Below, piece by piece: positions 11,961-23,368 of a DNA stretch of 64,000 bases. Made by a program: the position numbers and the translations under genes. The stretch is from Camelus ferus (taxonomy: Eukaryota), in the NCBI RefSeq assembly GCF_009834535.1, contig NC_045696.1, positions 8,930,001-8,994,000 of the forward strand, read 5' to 3'. The number at the start of each line of letters is the position of its first letter. The stretch's first letter is position 1. The notes under the pieces were generated by a model. That model saw nothing but the letters and a program-made list of their open reading frames with translations. It made no database searches and was not told where the DNA came from.

Positions 11961-13589
11961 AGAAATGCACCCAGAGGAACAACTCAGGCCTGTGGGACTC
12001 CGCAGCTTAGCCACTGTGGACCTCCCTCATCTGCAAAGAACCACTGCTTCAAGGGTGTTGTCAGGATTAAAGGAGGTAACCCAAATAAAGCGCCTGTCCC
12101 AGTGGCCAGCACTTCTGTACACTCAACGCATCCCTTCTGGGGGTCTGTTCTATGAAGTGTCTGCATCCAGGAGGCAGAAAGATGGCCAACAGCTTCTCAA
12201 ACCAAAAGTTTGAATAATAAGACAATGTTGTTCACGTTAAGTAACTTCTGCCCTAGATTATATTAAAAAGTCAGCATAACACCAAGCATCCTAAATATGC
12301 CGACTCATGAAATGAATGTTTGTCACTTCTATTTCCACCAATTCAAGAACTAACATCTGCCACATCTTTCCAGAGGTGCACATATTGCTTAAATTCTATC
12401 CATTCAGCTCATTTCTCAAAATGTTTGAAACTGAACTGAAACATAAATAGATTTCTCTCTTTACATACCACCACTCCAATCCAGGAAGTTATTTTCGTAG
12501 AGAAATTTTTGGCTAAGTGATAATGTGGCACCTGGCTGTGAACTTAGCAGACGTTTCTATTAAACTGGGTATAAAATAGTAATCATTTAAGGACATGTAT
12601 TTGCTATTTAGAAGTCTTCAGCTTATGATTTGGAAACATTTAGAAGTTTTTACTTTGCGTAAGACTGTCGAGGGTACCTTTCAAATCCAGCGATGACAAA
12701 CATCTAAGTGGATGCGAAGCTGACCCTCCCCGGCTCCCAGGCTGGTGCCTGGTGGAGTTGTGCTAGGCAGGAGACGGGCTGGTGGACAAGCATCCAGAGC
12801 ATTCCTAAGTCCCTGAGGCCTGATGGAAGTGGTGTTTTGCATCTTGGCACAGCTGCCGTGGCCAACTCACTTCTCCATAATTCTCAGTCCCCGGGGGTCT
12901 CCATCCCCACTCTGTGGTTCTAGTTTAATGAAGAGAGGACCAGGAAATTCAAGGCCTGGATGTAAACTAAATACAATTTAAAAATTGATGTGAAGCAATT
13001 CTGAAAATTTTTGTATAACGAATTGAGTGCGGGACCCTTCAGATCACCATTTTCTTAACTAAGACTGGTACTGCCCCTGATTTATCATCCATCTTTTTTA
13101 CCAAACCATTAGCCCTTTGCAGAGTCCCAATCTACCCTCCAAGAACCAAGGTTTGAGATACATCTATTTTCTAAAATTACAGCACAGTCTCCAAAACCAT
13201 CAATGTAGAAGCTTATTCCTATGCAAAGTGAAAAAGGCCATACTGGGGGAAAAAAAAAAAAAACCACTGAAACCAAAACCAACTTAAATTTTACTCACAT
13301 TTGAATGTTTCCCTCTCCACAAATTCAGAAAACGTTTTGCTAAATTAATTTCTTTACAGAGTGACTGGAGGAGCAGATCTATTAAATGAAGAAAACCAAA
13401 CAAATGCAGAAACATAAGCAAAGCTTCCCAATAAATGAAGAGGTGAAATTCTTGCTCATTGTGTGTATGTAGGATATCCCAAGAGGATGCCATCCGGTGT
13501 GCCCTAATGAGATAATCAATTGCAAAACTCTTGGCATTTTCTAGACACAACTTGAAGGGCCTCTCCAGGCTTTGCGTATACTGTTCCCT

Positions 13590-13905
13590 CACACTGGAAT
13601 CATTTCTATTCCTTGTCTGTCTGTCTTATTCAAACAGAAATTCATTCTTCAAAACCTACATCTGTCCACTCTTTTATAGACATTTTCTTGATCTTCTCAG
13701 AAGAATTGATCACTTCCTTCCTGCACTCCTTTGAAACCTGGTAAAAGCATCTCTTGATGCACATGTTCTGATGTTTTCTTATTAATTCTTCCCATATCTA
13801 TATCTCATTATAGACTGAAATTCTTATATTTGTCTTTATGTTTATAACATCACACACAGTAACCAGGGCATGGTAAGTGCCTTGATGTTTCTTGAACTGA
13901 ATTGT
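13590..13905 (+). mobile_element. L2 3' region
   Basis: 'cattcttcaaaacc...tagactgaaattct...ttcttgaactgaattg' degenerate L2 3' pattern. Confidence 0.55.
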
Positions 13906-14019
13906 AATGACCTTGAACTTACATTACTATACAGCTCATTTTCCTTCCATTAACTCTTCTTTAGGTTGGCCTCAATTCTACCTCCTTTAATTTCTACTCA
14001 CTGCCCCTGTTTCACTCCT

Positions 14020-14340
14020 TCAAGGCAACAGAATAAGTCTATTTCCTCCTCCAAATAAAATCTCACACAAAATGGGAGGCATCATTCGTGACACCCATAA
14101 GGAAAAGCCACTCAGTCTTCACCCACGTGACCTGCTTCTAGGCCCCCTCACCTGTCTGTGCATATGACACTCTTGCGTCATCTCCTCCACAAGTGAAGCA
14201 GCCAGAACAAGAGCCCAGAGGGCAGATGTAGACTGACCAATGAGCAGCATGAAGTGTCACATTTCTACTAGAATAACCTGAAATTATATCAGGGTCTTTT
14301 TAACATATGATGCTGCCCTTCTGATTCCAACAAAATTCAG
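14020..14340 (-). mobile_element. Possible L3/CR1 remnant
   Basis: 'cagatgtagactgaccaatgagcag' resembles the antisense CR1/L3 RT motif 'cagatgtggtctgaccag'; weak. Confidence 0.35.
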
Positions 14341-15418
14341 TGTGCTCCAAATCAGAAATAAACCGGTATTTATGTCACTATAATCTCTCGTTTGCACACA
14401 TTAACAATTTGATTAAATTTTTGTAATGATCTTAAATAATTATCCAGACATGGGCAAAGGCCACCTGGATATTGGTAAATAAGGATGTCTGTCTGCCCTG
14501 GTGAAGTACCCAATTGCGGATCATCACGTGAGCCGGGCTGAGACATACCACAAGAATAGATAAAAAGGATGATTGTCAGGCTTGAAGCTGAGGCTTCTCT
14601 GGTGAAATGCACTGCAGCAGACCTGCCTGTTGTGAAGATGTGGAGATTTGTCCCACTCCAACTGGCAAATGGTTGAGTCCCTGAGCCCCCAGCATCTGAG
14701 CCCCCAGGAGTCTGCGCAAACTCTGTGGCCAGCATCCATTCCAGCTGGGTAATGCTGCAGCCTTAACAGCAGTTAAATCTTGCCAGTTGTTAAATATTTT
14801 GACCACCCTCATCCCCCTGCGCTGAAAGGGGATTCCACTAATGGCCTCCAAGTACACAAATGACTATGTCAGTGAATCATGGCCGGTGAGTCCAAATCAA
14901 CAGGAAGGAGAGCAAAAGGAGACGAGCTCAGCCACAGCAAGGACTTAGTGTGGACTCCAGGGGGTGGGGGGCGACATTGGACAGTCCTCCTATTGGTTAG
15001 CCCTGTAAACCAGTTGGGTCCCCACGGGCGCTGAGGATAAAAGCCCAAGGCTGCCCGAGAGTGACTCTGCGGGGTCCCTCAAGGTCTGAGGTCCTCTAGG
15101 CTAAAAGCCAGAAGAGAAGGAGTGTGTGTGGGAGGAACCGTTCTCTAATATTAGTCTCCTGCGCTTATAAGAACTGAAACAAATGATCGTTTACTGGTAT
15201 CTTGCACCAAACCCGCCTGGAGAAGAGAAACTCTCAGATGTTTCGACTCAACAGCTGCACATCAAAAATAGTAGTCTTTTAGACACCAGGAGCTCTGTGA
15301 CATGAATGCCAGAAGCAGGTCCAGGATGTTGGAGGCTCTGATGTTTCTTGTTCCTGGAATGAAAAGCAGCACTGCTGTCACGGGTCCAATTCAGTGCCTT
15401 CATGATTGGAATCACACC

Positions 15419-15420
<2 letters not shown>

Positions 15421-15474
<54 letters not shown>

Positions 15475-15478
15475 GTGT
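15421..15478. repeat. (TG)n microsatellite (~26 perfect units)
   Basis: Directly visible. Confidence 0.97.
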
Positions 15479-16234
15479 GCATCCTTGCACATAAGCACTC
15501 ACTCAAACACAAACAATGGTTAAGAAAAGAATACTCTAAAGAGCTAGTTAATTACCTTCCAAAAATCTGTCCAAGAGGATCTATCAGTCATGTTTGCTTC
15601 TAAACCAATCCACTAGGAAACTCACAAGGAAAGAAGAGCTGTGTCTATAGACCAGGGCATTTTTCACACGATCTAGGTGTTTCTCTTACATGTTACACAT
15701 GGATCACACAGAATGTGGTCGATTATTTAGGAAACGTGATTTCCGTACCCGTTGGCGTTGGTGTCATCAGGCTGACAGCACATCAGCCTGCACCAGGATG
15801 GATATACTGGCTGTTCTGATTGGTCAGCATCTAGACTGTACAGATTGATAAATATTTTGAATATTGTTCCCAGGTATCATGGGCTTGTGATTGAGAAATA
15901 GCACCATGAACATAAGGAAAAAAGGGTATTGTGTTCCCTGCTTTGGAAAACGCAGCTGCTTTCTGGAGTGACTGCTCAGTTGACATTATATTCTTTTGTT
16001 TACTGATGGTAGTTGTGTAACGTTCTAGTATGTGTTTTGAGTCTAGAAATCCATTGACTTTGGTCTGATTTTTCATAATTTTTATAACTTGTTTAGTTGT
16101 TTAGGATTTTTAAAATGCATCAACAAAATGTATTATTGTGATTAAAATTCTATAATAAAGATTCTTCAATAAAAATAGCTTTGGAATTCTTTAAGTCCTT
16201 TTCCTCCAACTGAGCTAATAATTCTTGATAATCA

Positions 16235-16810
16235 AGGGGTTTCTTTGAGTCCCAACTGTGAGTAACAGAGCAAATAATAATAATAGCTTAAGCAAAGGAA
16301 AAGGTCAGAGAGTAAGCAGTCCAGGGTGGGTATGGTTATATGGTGGTCACGTCCCTAAAATACTCAGAAACCCAAACTCCTTCCAGCTTTGTGCTTCACC
16401 AGCACTAAAGTACTGACTTGTTCCTCAAGGTCCAGTATGGCAGCCAAAGCTCCAGTCATCACATCTTTATTCCAGGTGTCAGAGTAGGAAAAGGGAGGAG
16501 TGGAGGACACATCAGCGAATGCATTCCAACTGTCAATTATGATAAGTTACCAGAGTCTGCTATACAGCACACAGTTAGCAGATGGCAGTCTGATGGCTTT
16601 GACTACATACTTACAACCTGGATTTTGTAGAGAATGAATGAAAAGGGGTAACATTTAGCCTATACTTTATTAGTCAGAACTTATTCAAAGCCTGATCACT
16701 TTTAACTGCAAGGAATGTTGGGGAAGTTTTTTTTTTAAAGTGACCGTGAGCCCAATTAAAAATCAAGACTTCTATTGCTATGGAAGATGTAGAATACATT
16801 TTGACAACTA
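16235..16810 (-). mobile_element. Old MLT1 (MaLR) LTR
   Basis: 'cagtccagggtgggtatgg', 'atggcagccaaagctccagtcatcacatc', 'tattagtcagaactt', 'taactgcaaggaatgttgggga' resemble old MLT1 LTRs; strand and subfamily uncertain. Confidence 0.6.
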
Positions 16811-16923
16811 GTCATTTCTTCAAGCAAAAGCCATTCCTTTAGAGAATAAAAGATTATATTCTATTCACTTCTGCCCTGGTTACTTGTTATTCTTATCTTA
16901 TTCAGAGGTCTGTTCACTTCTGA

Positions 16924-17141
16924 TTGATTGATTGAAGTATAGTTAGTTTGCAATGTGTCAGTTTTTGGCATACAGCATTGTGTTTCAGTCTGGACCTGGA
17001 GATCATCATTCTAAGTGAAGCCAGCCAGAAAGAGAAAGAAAAATAGCATATGATAGTACTCATATGTGGGATCTAAAAAAAGATAAAAGAAGACACAAAT
17101 GAACTTATCTGCAAAACAGAAACAGACTCACAGACATAGCA
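16924..17141 (-). mobile_element. Short L1 with 5' inversion, 11-bp TSD
   Basis: TSD ttcacttctga at 16913-16923 and 17142-17152; antisense 3' tip ~16924-16990 abuts a sense 3' UTR piece ~16991-17141. Confidence 0.85.
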
Positions 17142-17211
17142 TTCACTTCTGAATTGAGCCACCTAGAATGAGGATATTCATAATTTTCAGTCTTCTTGGT
17201 GATTTTATAAC

Positions 17212-17705
17212 TTCATTCATTCCTTCATTCATTCAATATTGACAGAACCACTATTATGGGATGAGAAGTCTGCTAAGGTTTAGGGATAGTAAGATGAACA
17301 AAACACGGCCCCTGATTTCATGGAGCTGCCAGTCCCATGGAGAAGCAGCAGCACTGAGTGAGTGACTGTAACAGTGTGTACCCTGGGAAGCATGGGAGAG
17401 GAGACGCAAGTTAGCCCTGCAGTGACTAGGGCATTTGAGATGATACTCGAATGACTGGGAGGTACTGATGGAGTGTTCCAAGGTAAGGGAGCACCTGTCC
17501 CGGGGCCTGAGAATCAGAAAGAACCCTGGACTTTTGAGGAGCTGAATGATTTTCAACACCTTTGGAGCACTGAGTTCAGAGGGGAGAACGTTAAGAGAGA
17601 AGGTTGGTGAGAGGCAGGGGCCCCAGTGTGGAAAGCCTCTCAGCCATGTTAGACTTCACAGTGTTCTTATGGGCATTGGGCAGCCATTGAAAAGGAGGAT
17701 CATAG
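17212..17705 (-). mobile_element. L2 3' region
   Basis: (TTCA)n tail then 'gatgaacaaaacacggcccctgatttcatggagct...ggcattgggcagccattgaa'. Confidence 0.8.
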
Positions 17706-17719
17706 TGATCGCTGTCCAG

Positions 17720-17970
17720 TAGCCATACCTACAATCTGTTGAGTATTGAATATGTGCTTGACATTGTGATAAGTGTGTTTCCATCCCATCATCCCATTAA
17801 ATATTTACAATAAACTCTAAGACATAGATACAGTTTCATTGTCCCCATTCCACAAGCGAGAGGAGTAAAGGTCAGAGCATTTGCAAAACTTGCTCACGGT
17901 CACTCAGTTAATGAGGGCTTGTGCCAAGATCAATGCAGAAATAGTCTGATACTGTACTCAGTCCACAGCC
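17720..17970 (-). mobile_element. MIR SINE
   Basis: 'cattgtccccattccacaag...aaacttgctcacggtcactcagttaatgag' antisense MIR core. Confidence 0.7.
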
Positions 17971-19643
17971 TCGGCTCTACGGAGACTGGATGGGACCGAG
18001 GCTGGAGGCAGGAAGCTATCAGAAGGGGCTAGGTGTACAAACAAAATTTTTAAATCTATAGCCTTCACTTCTATGCAAATCATTGTGGAGGTCCTGGCTC
18101 TGAACATGCATCATAGTGGCGGTTTTGTGACAGTTTAACCTCTCCTGTAGACCCCATTTGCTCATTCTTTGACTCTACCAGTCAAACAGCTCTCCTGCCG
18201 GGACCGATAGACCCGAGCCGTCTGACTGGTGGGTCATGGCAGCCTTTGACTAATGGTGGGTGCATATGCATCACTCTCAACACCAGTTCTGTGATGCTGA
18301 GCATGTACGATACCCAATAATCTAGAAAAGAGGGGATATGGGAAAAGGAAGGAGCCTTAACGCTGGCGCTTTTATAAAGTCCCTTTTACTCTTGTTTTGA
18401 ATTTTGTAGTCTTCATTTGTTCCCTTGGCACGATCAGTGCTACTAACCGCAGTGGGTCAAATATAATGACCATCAGGGTCAGGCGGATCTTTGGGTCAAG
18501 AGGCACCAGTTTTCTTTGCTGCAGTAGAAACTACAACAGGGCTGACTCCTGATGCACAGTTTGAGCCAAAACTCCAGGGACACCCTCCCTTCCCCGCGCA
18601 TGCGTGCAGCCTCCTCTCTGTTGGCTACCGTGCAGAGCGCTTAGCCAGCGCCAGGCAGTGTTGTGTCAAGATGCCAGACCCTGTTGTTACTATTTTTGAC
18701 AGCGGCGGTAACTTACCACCAAACCTTGGAACCGGAGGGCCAGGAAGGCCCATGTTCTCATCCACATCTGCTGCTGCTGCTAAAACCAGCTCTGTTTTGT
18801 CTGCATTGACAGCACACTGAAAATATCCAAGCCTCCAGAAAACAGAAAATCTGACAAGTAAAAATACTCAGTAATGCACAAGGAGTTGAGGTAATGGGTT
18901 TATTCATTGTGAAAGCAGCTGGTTTTCCTTGTTAATGTTTGTTTGGTTTAAAACAAGGGAAGATCCCCGTTGCCAAAGGAACGGATGGAATACACTGTAG
19001 CTTCTTCCCTTTGAGTTCTCTCGCTTCTAATGGAGGCAAATTGCCGGTGAGTCTGCCAAAAGCCCTAATCGCCTTTGTCTGGATAGTGTGTTAGATGGAG
19101 TTTAAAATCCTGGGACACAGCCTTCATCACATGCTTTTCTCTGTGGGAGAATCATCTCTCCACCTTCCTAACATGAATTTCACGATGAGGAAAAACAAAA
19201 AACTCAAGAGTTTATTCTGTTGGAATACTGTATCATGCTAAATGTTGTCTGTTTGTCTGGAAGGAATCAGAGTAATATTTTAAATTCATTAGGTGGCCAC
19301 TGAACTATAAAGTATTCTCAGCGAGAGTGCAGTTTTGACTTAACTATACTGCAGCATGAAATGAGACTCAGTCATGTGGTGGGGAGGAGAAAAGAGAATA
19401 TCAATTTGGTTTTTACCACAAAACTAGAGGGAAATGAGACGCTCAGTGACTTTCGTCTTTTACTTTGCAAGTTTATATACGCCACAAACACACAGTTGTC
19501 CCTGTGACAATGCACGGTGCAGTTTGAGCTCAAAGGAAGGAATAGGATTGAGTGGGGCTTTCCAGTTTGGTAGTAATATCATCATTGCTGTTTTGTATTT
19601 GGTGATGTGAGTTCTTGAGAAAGAAGGTAGAGAGAGAGATAGG

Positions 19644-20130
19644 TGATGAAGAAGAATAAATCTGACTCCATCTTGGATCTGTTCCTTTTACTTTAACCTT
19701 TGTTTCCAACTGTTTTTGCTACCAATTAATCACTATAGCTTGAAGTGTCTATAACAGCCCGTCTCTGGGAACCCTGCCTCCCACGCCTGAGTGTTAAGCT
19801 AAAATACCTTTGTTTAGCTCACAGGAAACAACCTGATTAGGCCTACCTGTAGAAAGAAGAAATTAACACATCCTATTTGGAGCTTGGCTGGAACCAGGAA
19901 ATATTTGTAACAATTTATCAGCTTTTTATGTCACCTCCTTACCTCCCCCTCTTTGCTCTACAAAAGGAACTAGCATCCAAACCCGGGCAAGTTGGTCTCT
20001 TGGGACACTAGTCCACCATCTTCTCAGTCTGCTGGCTTCCCGAATGAAGTCGCCACTCTCTGCCCCAACACCTCATCTCTCTTAATTGGCCTGTCGCGCA
20101 GCGGGCAGGGCAAGCTTGGACTCAGTAACA
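19644..20130 (+). mobile_element. ERV1-class solo LTR (MER41-like 3' end)
   Basis: TG...CA termini ('tgatgaagaagaataaatctgactccatcttgg' ... 'ttggactcagtaaca'); decayed TATA ('ctacaaaag') and polyA ('aatgaa') positions; no clean TSD seen. Confidence 0.75.
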
Positions 20131-21098
20131 GACGGAGTGACCACTAGGAAGAGAAGGACCCCAAAGGCCCCCCAAAACAGCAGAGGTGGGTCCCCTAGAA
20201 CAAAGACTTCACGATCTTGACAATCATTCCAAATACAACACAACTTCATTTCTCAGCTACATTTTCCATATTTCCCAGAACCGTGGGCTGTTTACAGAGT
20301 CAGGAGAATTTTTGCTTTGACATGAAGTAATCCTGTCCTTTGGGAGACCCCAACAGTTAGCCAAGGTTGAAAGAGAGTTCCAGAAACCACATCTTCGGTC
20401 CACTGTGGGTTTGTTTGCTTTCCTGTTGTGGGTGCTTATGTTGGAGGAAATAACAACACTGCTAGCACTTTCAAAGCTTTACTCTATGGGAATATTTTTT
20501 TGCCCTTATAAAATCAGTCGTGTTGTGAAAACCACTAAACTACTCAGGGTGTTCTTTAATGTCATCAAAATCAGCTTGGCTCAAAACGTTATGATGTTTA
20601 AAATTAATTATGCATCAGCGATGCATTTCAAGATTTTCTGGGATTGAAGAAGAAGAACAACAAAAAAACCCCCAAAACTCCGAAATAACTCTATAAGGTG
20701 GATCTTTCTTATTAAATGTATCCATTTCTACTCAAATCATTTGAGTCTATGCAATGCAACAATTTCTAGTGAGCACCCTTACTGCTGAAGGCTGAACTGA
20801 GTAAATTTATTACTGAGCTCTGTGCCAGTTTATCCATGTGACTCTATTTCAGACGATGTTATGGTGGGGCGGGGGTATTTACTTTTCTCTTTTTCAATTG
20901 CAGAGCCACACAATGGTGTGAGTTATTTCACTTGCAGAGGAGAGAAAAAATATGCTCACACATTCAAGTGCGTTGCAGCGTGAGTACCAGCATCCGCCAC
21001 ATCCACTATGCGGAGTGACAGAGGCGGCCTTTGTGAATGTTTCTCATTCCCTGCAAGGTTTCTAAGGGCCAGGACTCCTTTGATCTTTTTTGCTTCTG

Positions 21099-21236
21099 TT
21101 TTTTCTTGATTTTTTTTGGGGGGGAGGGGGAGGGTAGTAATTAGGTATTTATTTATTTTAATGGAGGTACTGGGGATTGAACCCAGGACCTCGTGCATGC
21201 TAAGCACACGCTCTACCACTGAGCTCCACCCTCCTA
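21099..21236 (-). mobile_element. tRNA-derived SINE (camelid Vic-1 type)
   Basis: Minus strand reads ggagctcagtggtagagcg (A box)...gggttcaatccccagtacctcca (B box), then aataaata and a C-rich/A-rich tail; short TSD gcttctg at 21092-21098 / 21237-21243. Confidence 0.88.
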
Positions 21237-23163
21237 GCTTCTGGATCACTGGAGCCTCACATTGAAACTGGGAGGAAAGAAGAGATGAGAGAGAGAGAGG
21301 GGTGGGGGATATGCATGGGGACCAATGAACATCCCCATTCCTATCTCCTCAGTCACTGGTCCGTCTGAACATTCGTCCAGAATCTCATGATTACTCTTCC
21401 CCCTCCTTCCTTCCTCCCACTGATCTGGAACTGGCAGTAGATGATGGAGGAAGGGATGATCGTTCACGTTTTCCCAACAATTTCAAATTAGTTTCCTGCA
21501 TCTCTCTCTCCTGTCACACATGCCGCCGTGGACACTGGTTCTCAGCCCCCAGGCAGGCGGCAGAGCCCTCCCCCGGCTGGGCCCCATCTCCTCTCTGTCC
21601 CCAAGGCAAATGGAAAGCCAGGTGTGTGTATGAATTCCAGCAAGGCCAGGGAAACAAGAAAGAGAGCAACTGAGATGTTGAGATTAAAAATAGGATAAAC
21701 AGGAACTGAAAAGTCTGGGTTTCTATTTCTTTTCTGGTTCACTTTGCTTGCACGTCTCCCCCAGTGAACTGCTGTGGTCACAGTTTCTCCTAATTTGGCA
21801 GTCATCTGCAGTCTGGGATAAGAAAATAAGACTTCCCGGACCCCTGCATGTAGAATTCCCCACCCCTCATCTCCTGAGAACGTGTTAATTCTCAGCACCT
21901 ATGAGAACAGTCGTCTAGAAGGAAAAAAAAAAGAAGAAGAGGAAGAATTGACTTCAGGCTTTGCCCAGAGGAGTCAACGCAGTTCCCTTCCTGGCCCTCA
22001 ATGGTCTCCCATTGAAAATGTCATAAGTGTAAGACCATCTACAACACATAAACAGCCAGCAAGCCTCACACGCTGAGGTCTCACTGTTGGAGGCAGCCCT
22101 GAGATGGGGAACTATAGACTGGCGGCTTCACAGCCCTGCCGATGACCAGGTTTAAATATCTGGGCACCCACGTCCTCTGTGTTGCTTGCCTGGAATCTTC
22201 CTGAGACCAACCCAAGGGAAGAGGTTTGCAGACCTTGTGCATGTGGATCCATGAGATTGACAGCCCGAGCCTCATACATCACGGCTTTGCTTCCTAAAAT
22301 CTTAACTCCAGGCACAAAAAGCTCTTTATAAATCAAAAGATCCCAGAGCCTGGGCTAGCCTGAAACAGTAGAGACAGGGGGAGGCGTCTGTGTTGTCTGC
22401 AACGCCCACTCAGCCAGCTGCAGGCTGTCTAAAGCAAATGTCCCTGCCAGGGCCACTCGCCCGGAAACGGCAGCCGGCTAGCCTCTTGGGGCGGAAAGGA
22501 AGGGCAGCCCGGCTCTGCACAGAAGGGCCAGCGGGTGGACGGCTGGTGGTGGTGGGGAGCTCTCAGGGCCCCTCTCCCTTTGCCACCAACCAGAGTGAAG
22601 GCTGCAAAGTGACTGACACACCATAGGGGCCATCTAACTGCCAGTCGACATTTATTGCCTTCTTAGGAGCCGGACTCTTCTGGACTTTCTGTGATCAAAA
22701 ATGCTTGTTCATCGTTCTTACTTGAAGCCAACGTACGGCTTCGCTGCATATGGACTGAATTAAAAGCAGGGGCTTGTTTTTGTCTCCAGAACTCAGCTAA
22801 TGCCAAAACAAATGTACATTAAAATGCTGGACTTTTTTTCCCCACCTTTTATCTCTTCTGTGATTTTCCCCTACAGGAGGCAGTGAAACACAGGAAAGAA
22901 AAATGAGGATACTGGAACCTGAACCTCCAGGTGACTGGCAGCGAGTTTGGATTCTGTCTGGGTGGAAGTGTTGGGTCACCACAGGATTCATTCAATTGTC
23001 ATGTTGCTTTTGCTTTTCTTGGGGTAGCTTTACAGTACGTGTCAATGGCGGGGAAAGTCCTCTCCAGAGTCATGTATATTCAATGTTTTTGATGAATTTC
23101 CTCTCGCGTTCGCAGAAGGTATTTCTGATAAAACAGTACCTCAGAAAAGCTCATACCTCTCAA

Positions 23164-23368
23164 AGGGTTGCCAGATAAATATATTGCTTATTCAGTTAAA
23201 ATTTAAATTTTAGATAAGCAACAGGTACTTTTTTTTTAACGTTCAGGTAAAGTATGAATAGTGAAACGTCGCATGGGATATAGGGATGCAAAAAGGTCAT
23301 TCGTGTTCACCTGAAATTCAGATTTAATTGAGTGTCCTGTATTTTTATCTGTTAAATTTGGCAACCCC
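23164..23368. mobile_element. MER53 palindromic hAT MITE
   Basis: Terminal inverted repeats agggttgccaga.../...ttggcaaccc; internal inverted arms 'cagttaaaatttaaattttagataa' / 'tcacctgaaattcagatttaattg'. Confidence 0.85.

Noticed and set aside
21160..21236. tRNA-Ala gene (also 41990-42070)
   Set aside because: The tRNA-like head is followed by a SINE tail and flanked by TSDs, so it is a SINE rather than a tRNA gene.
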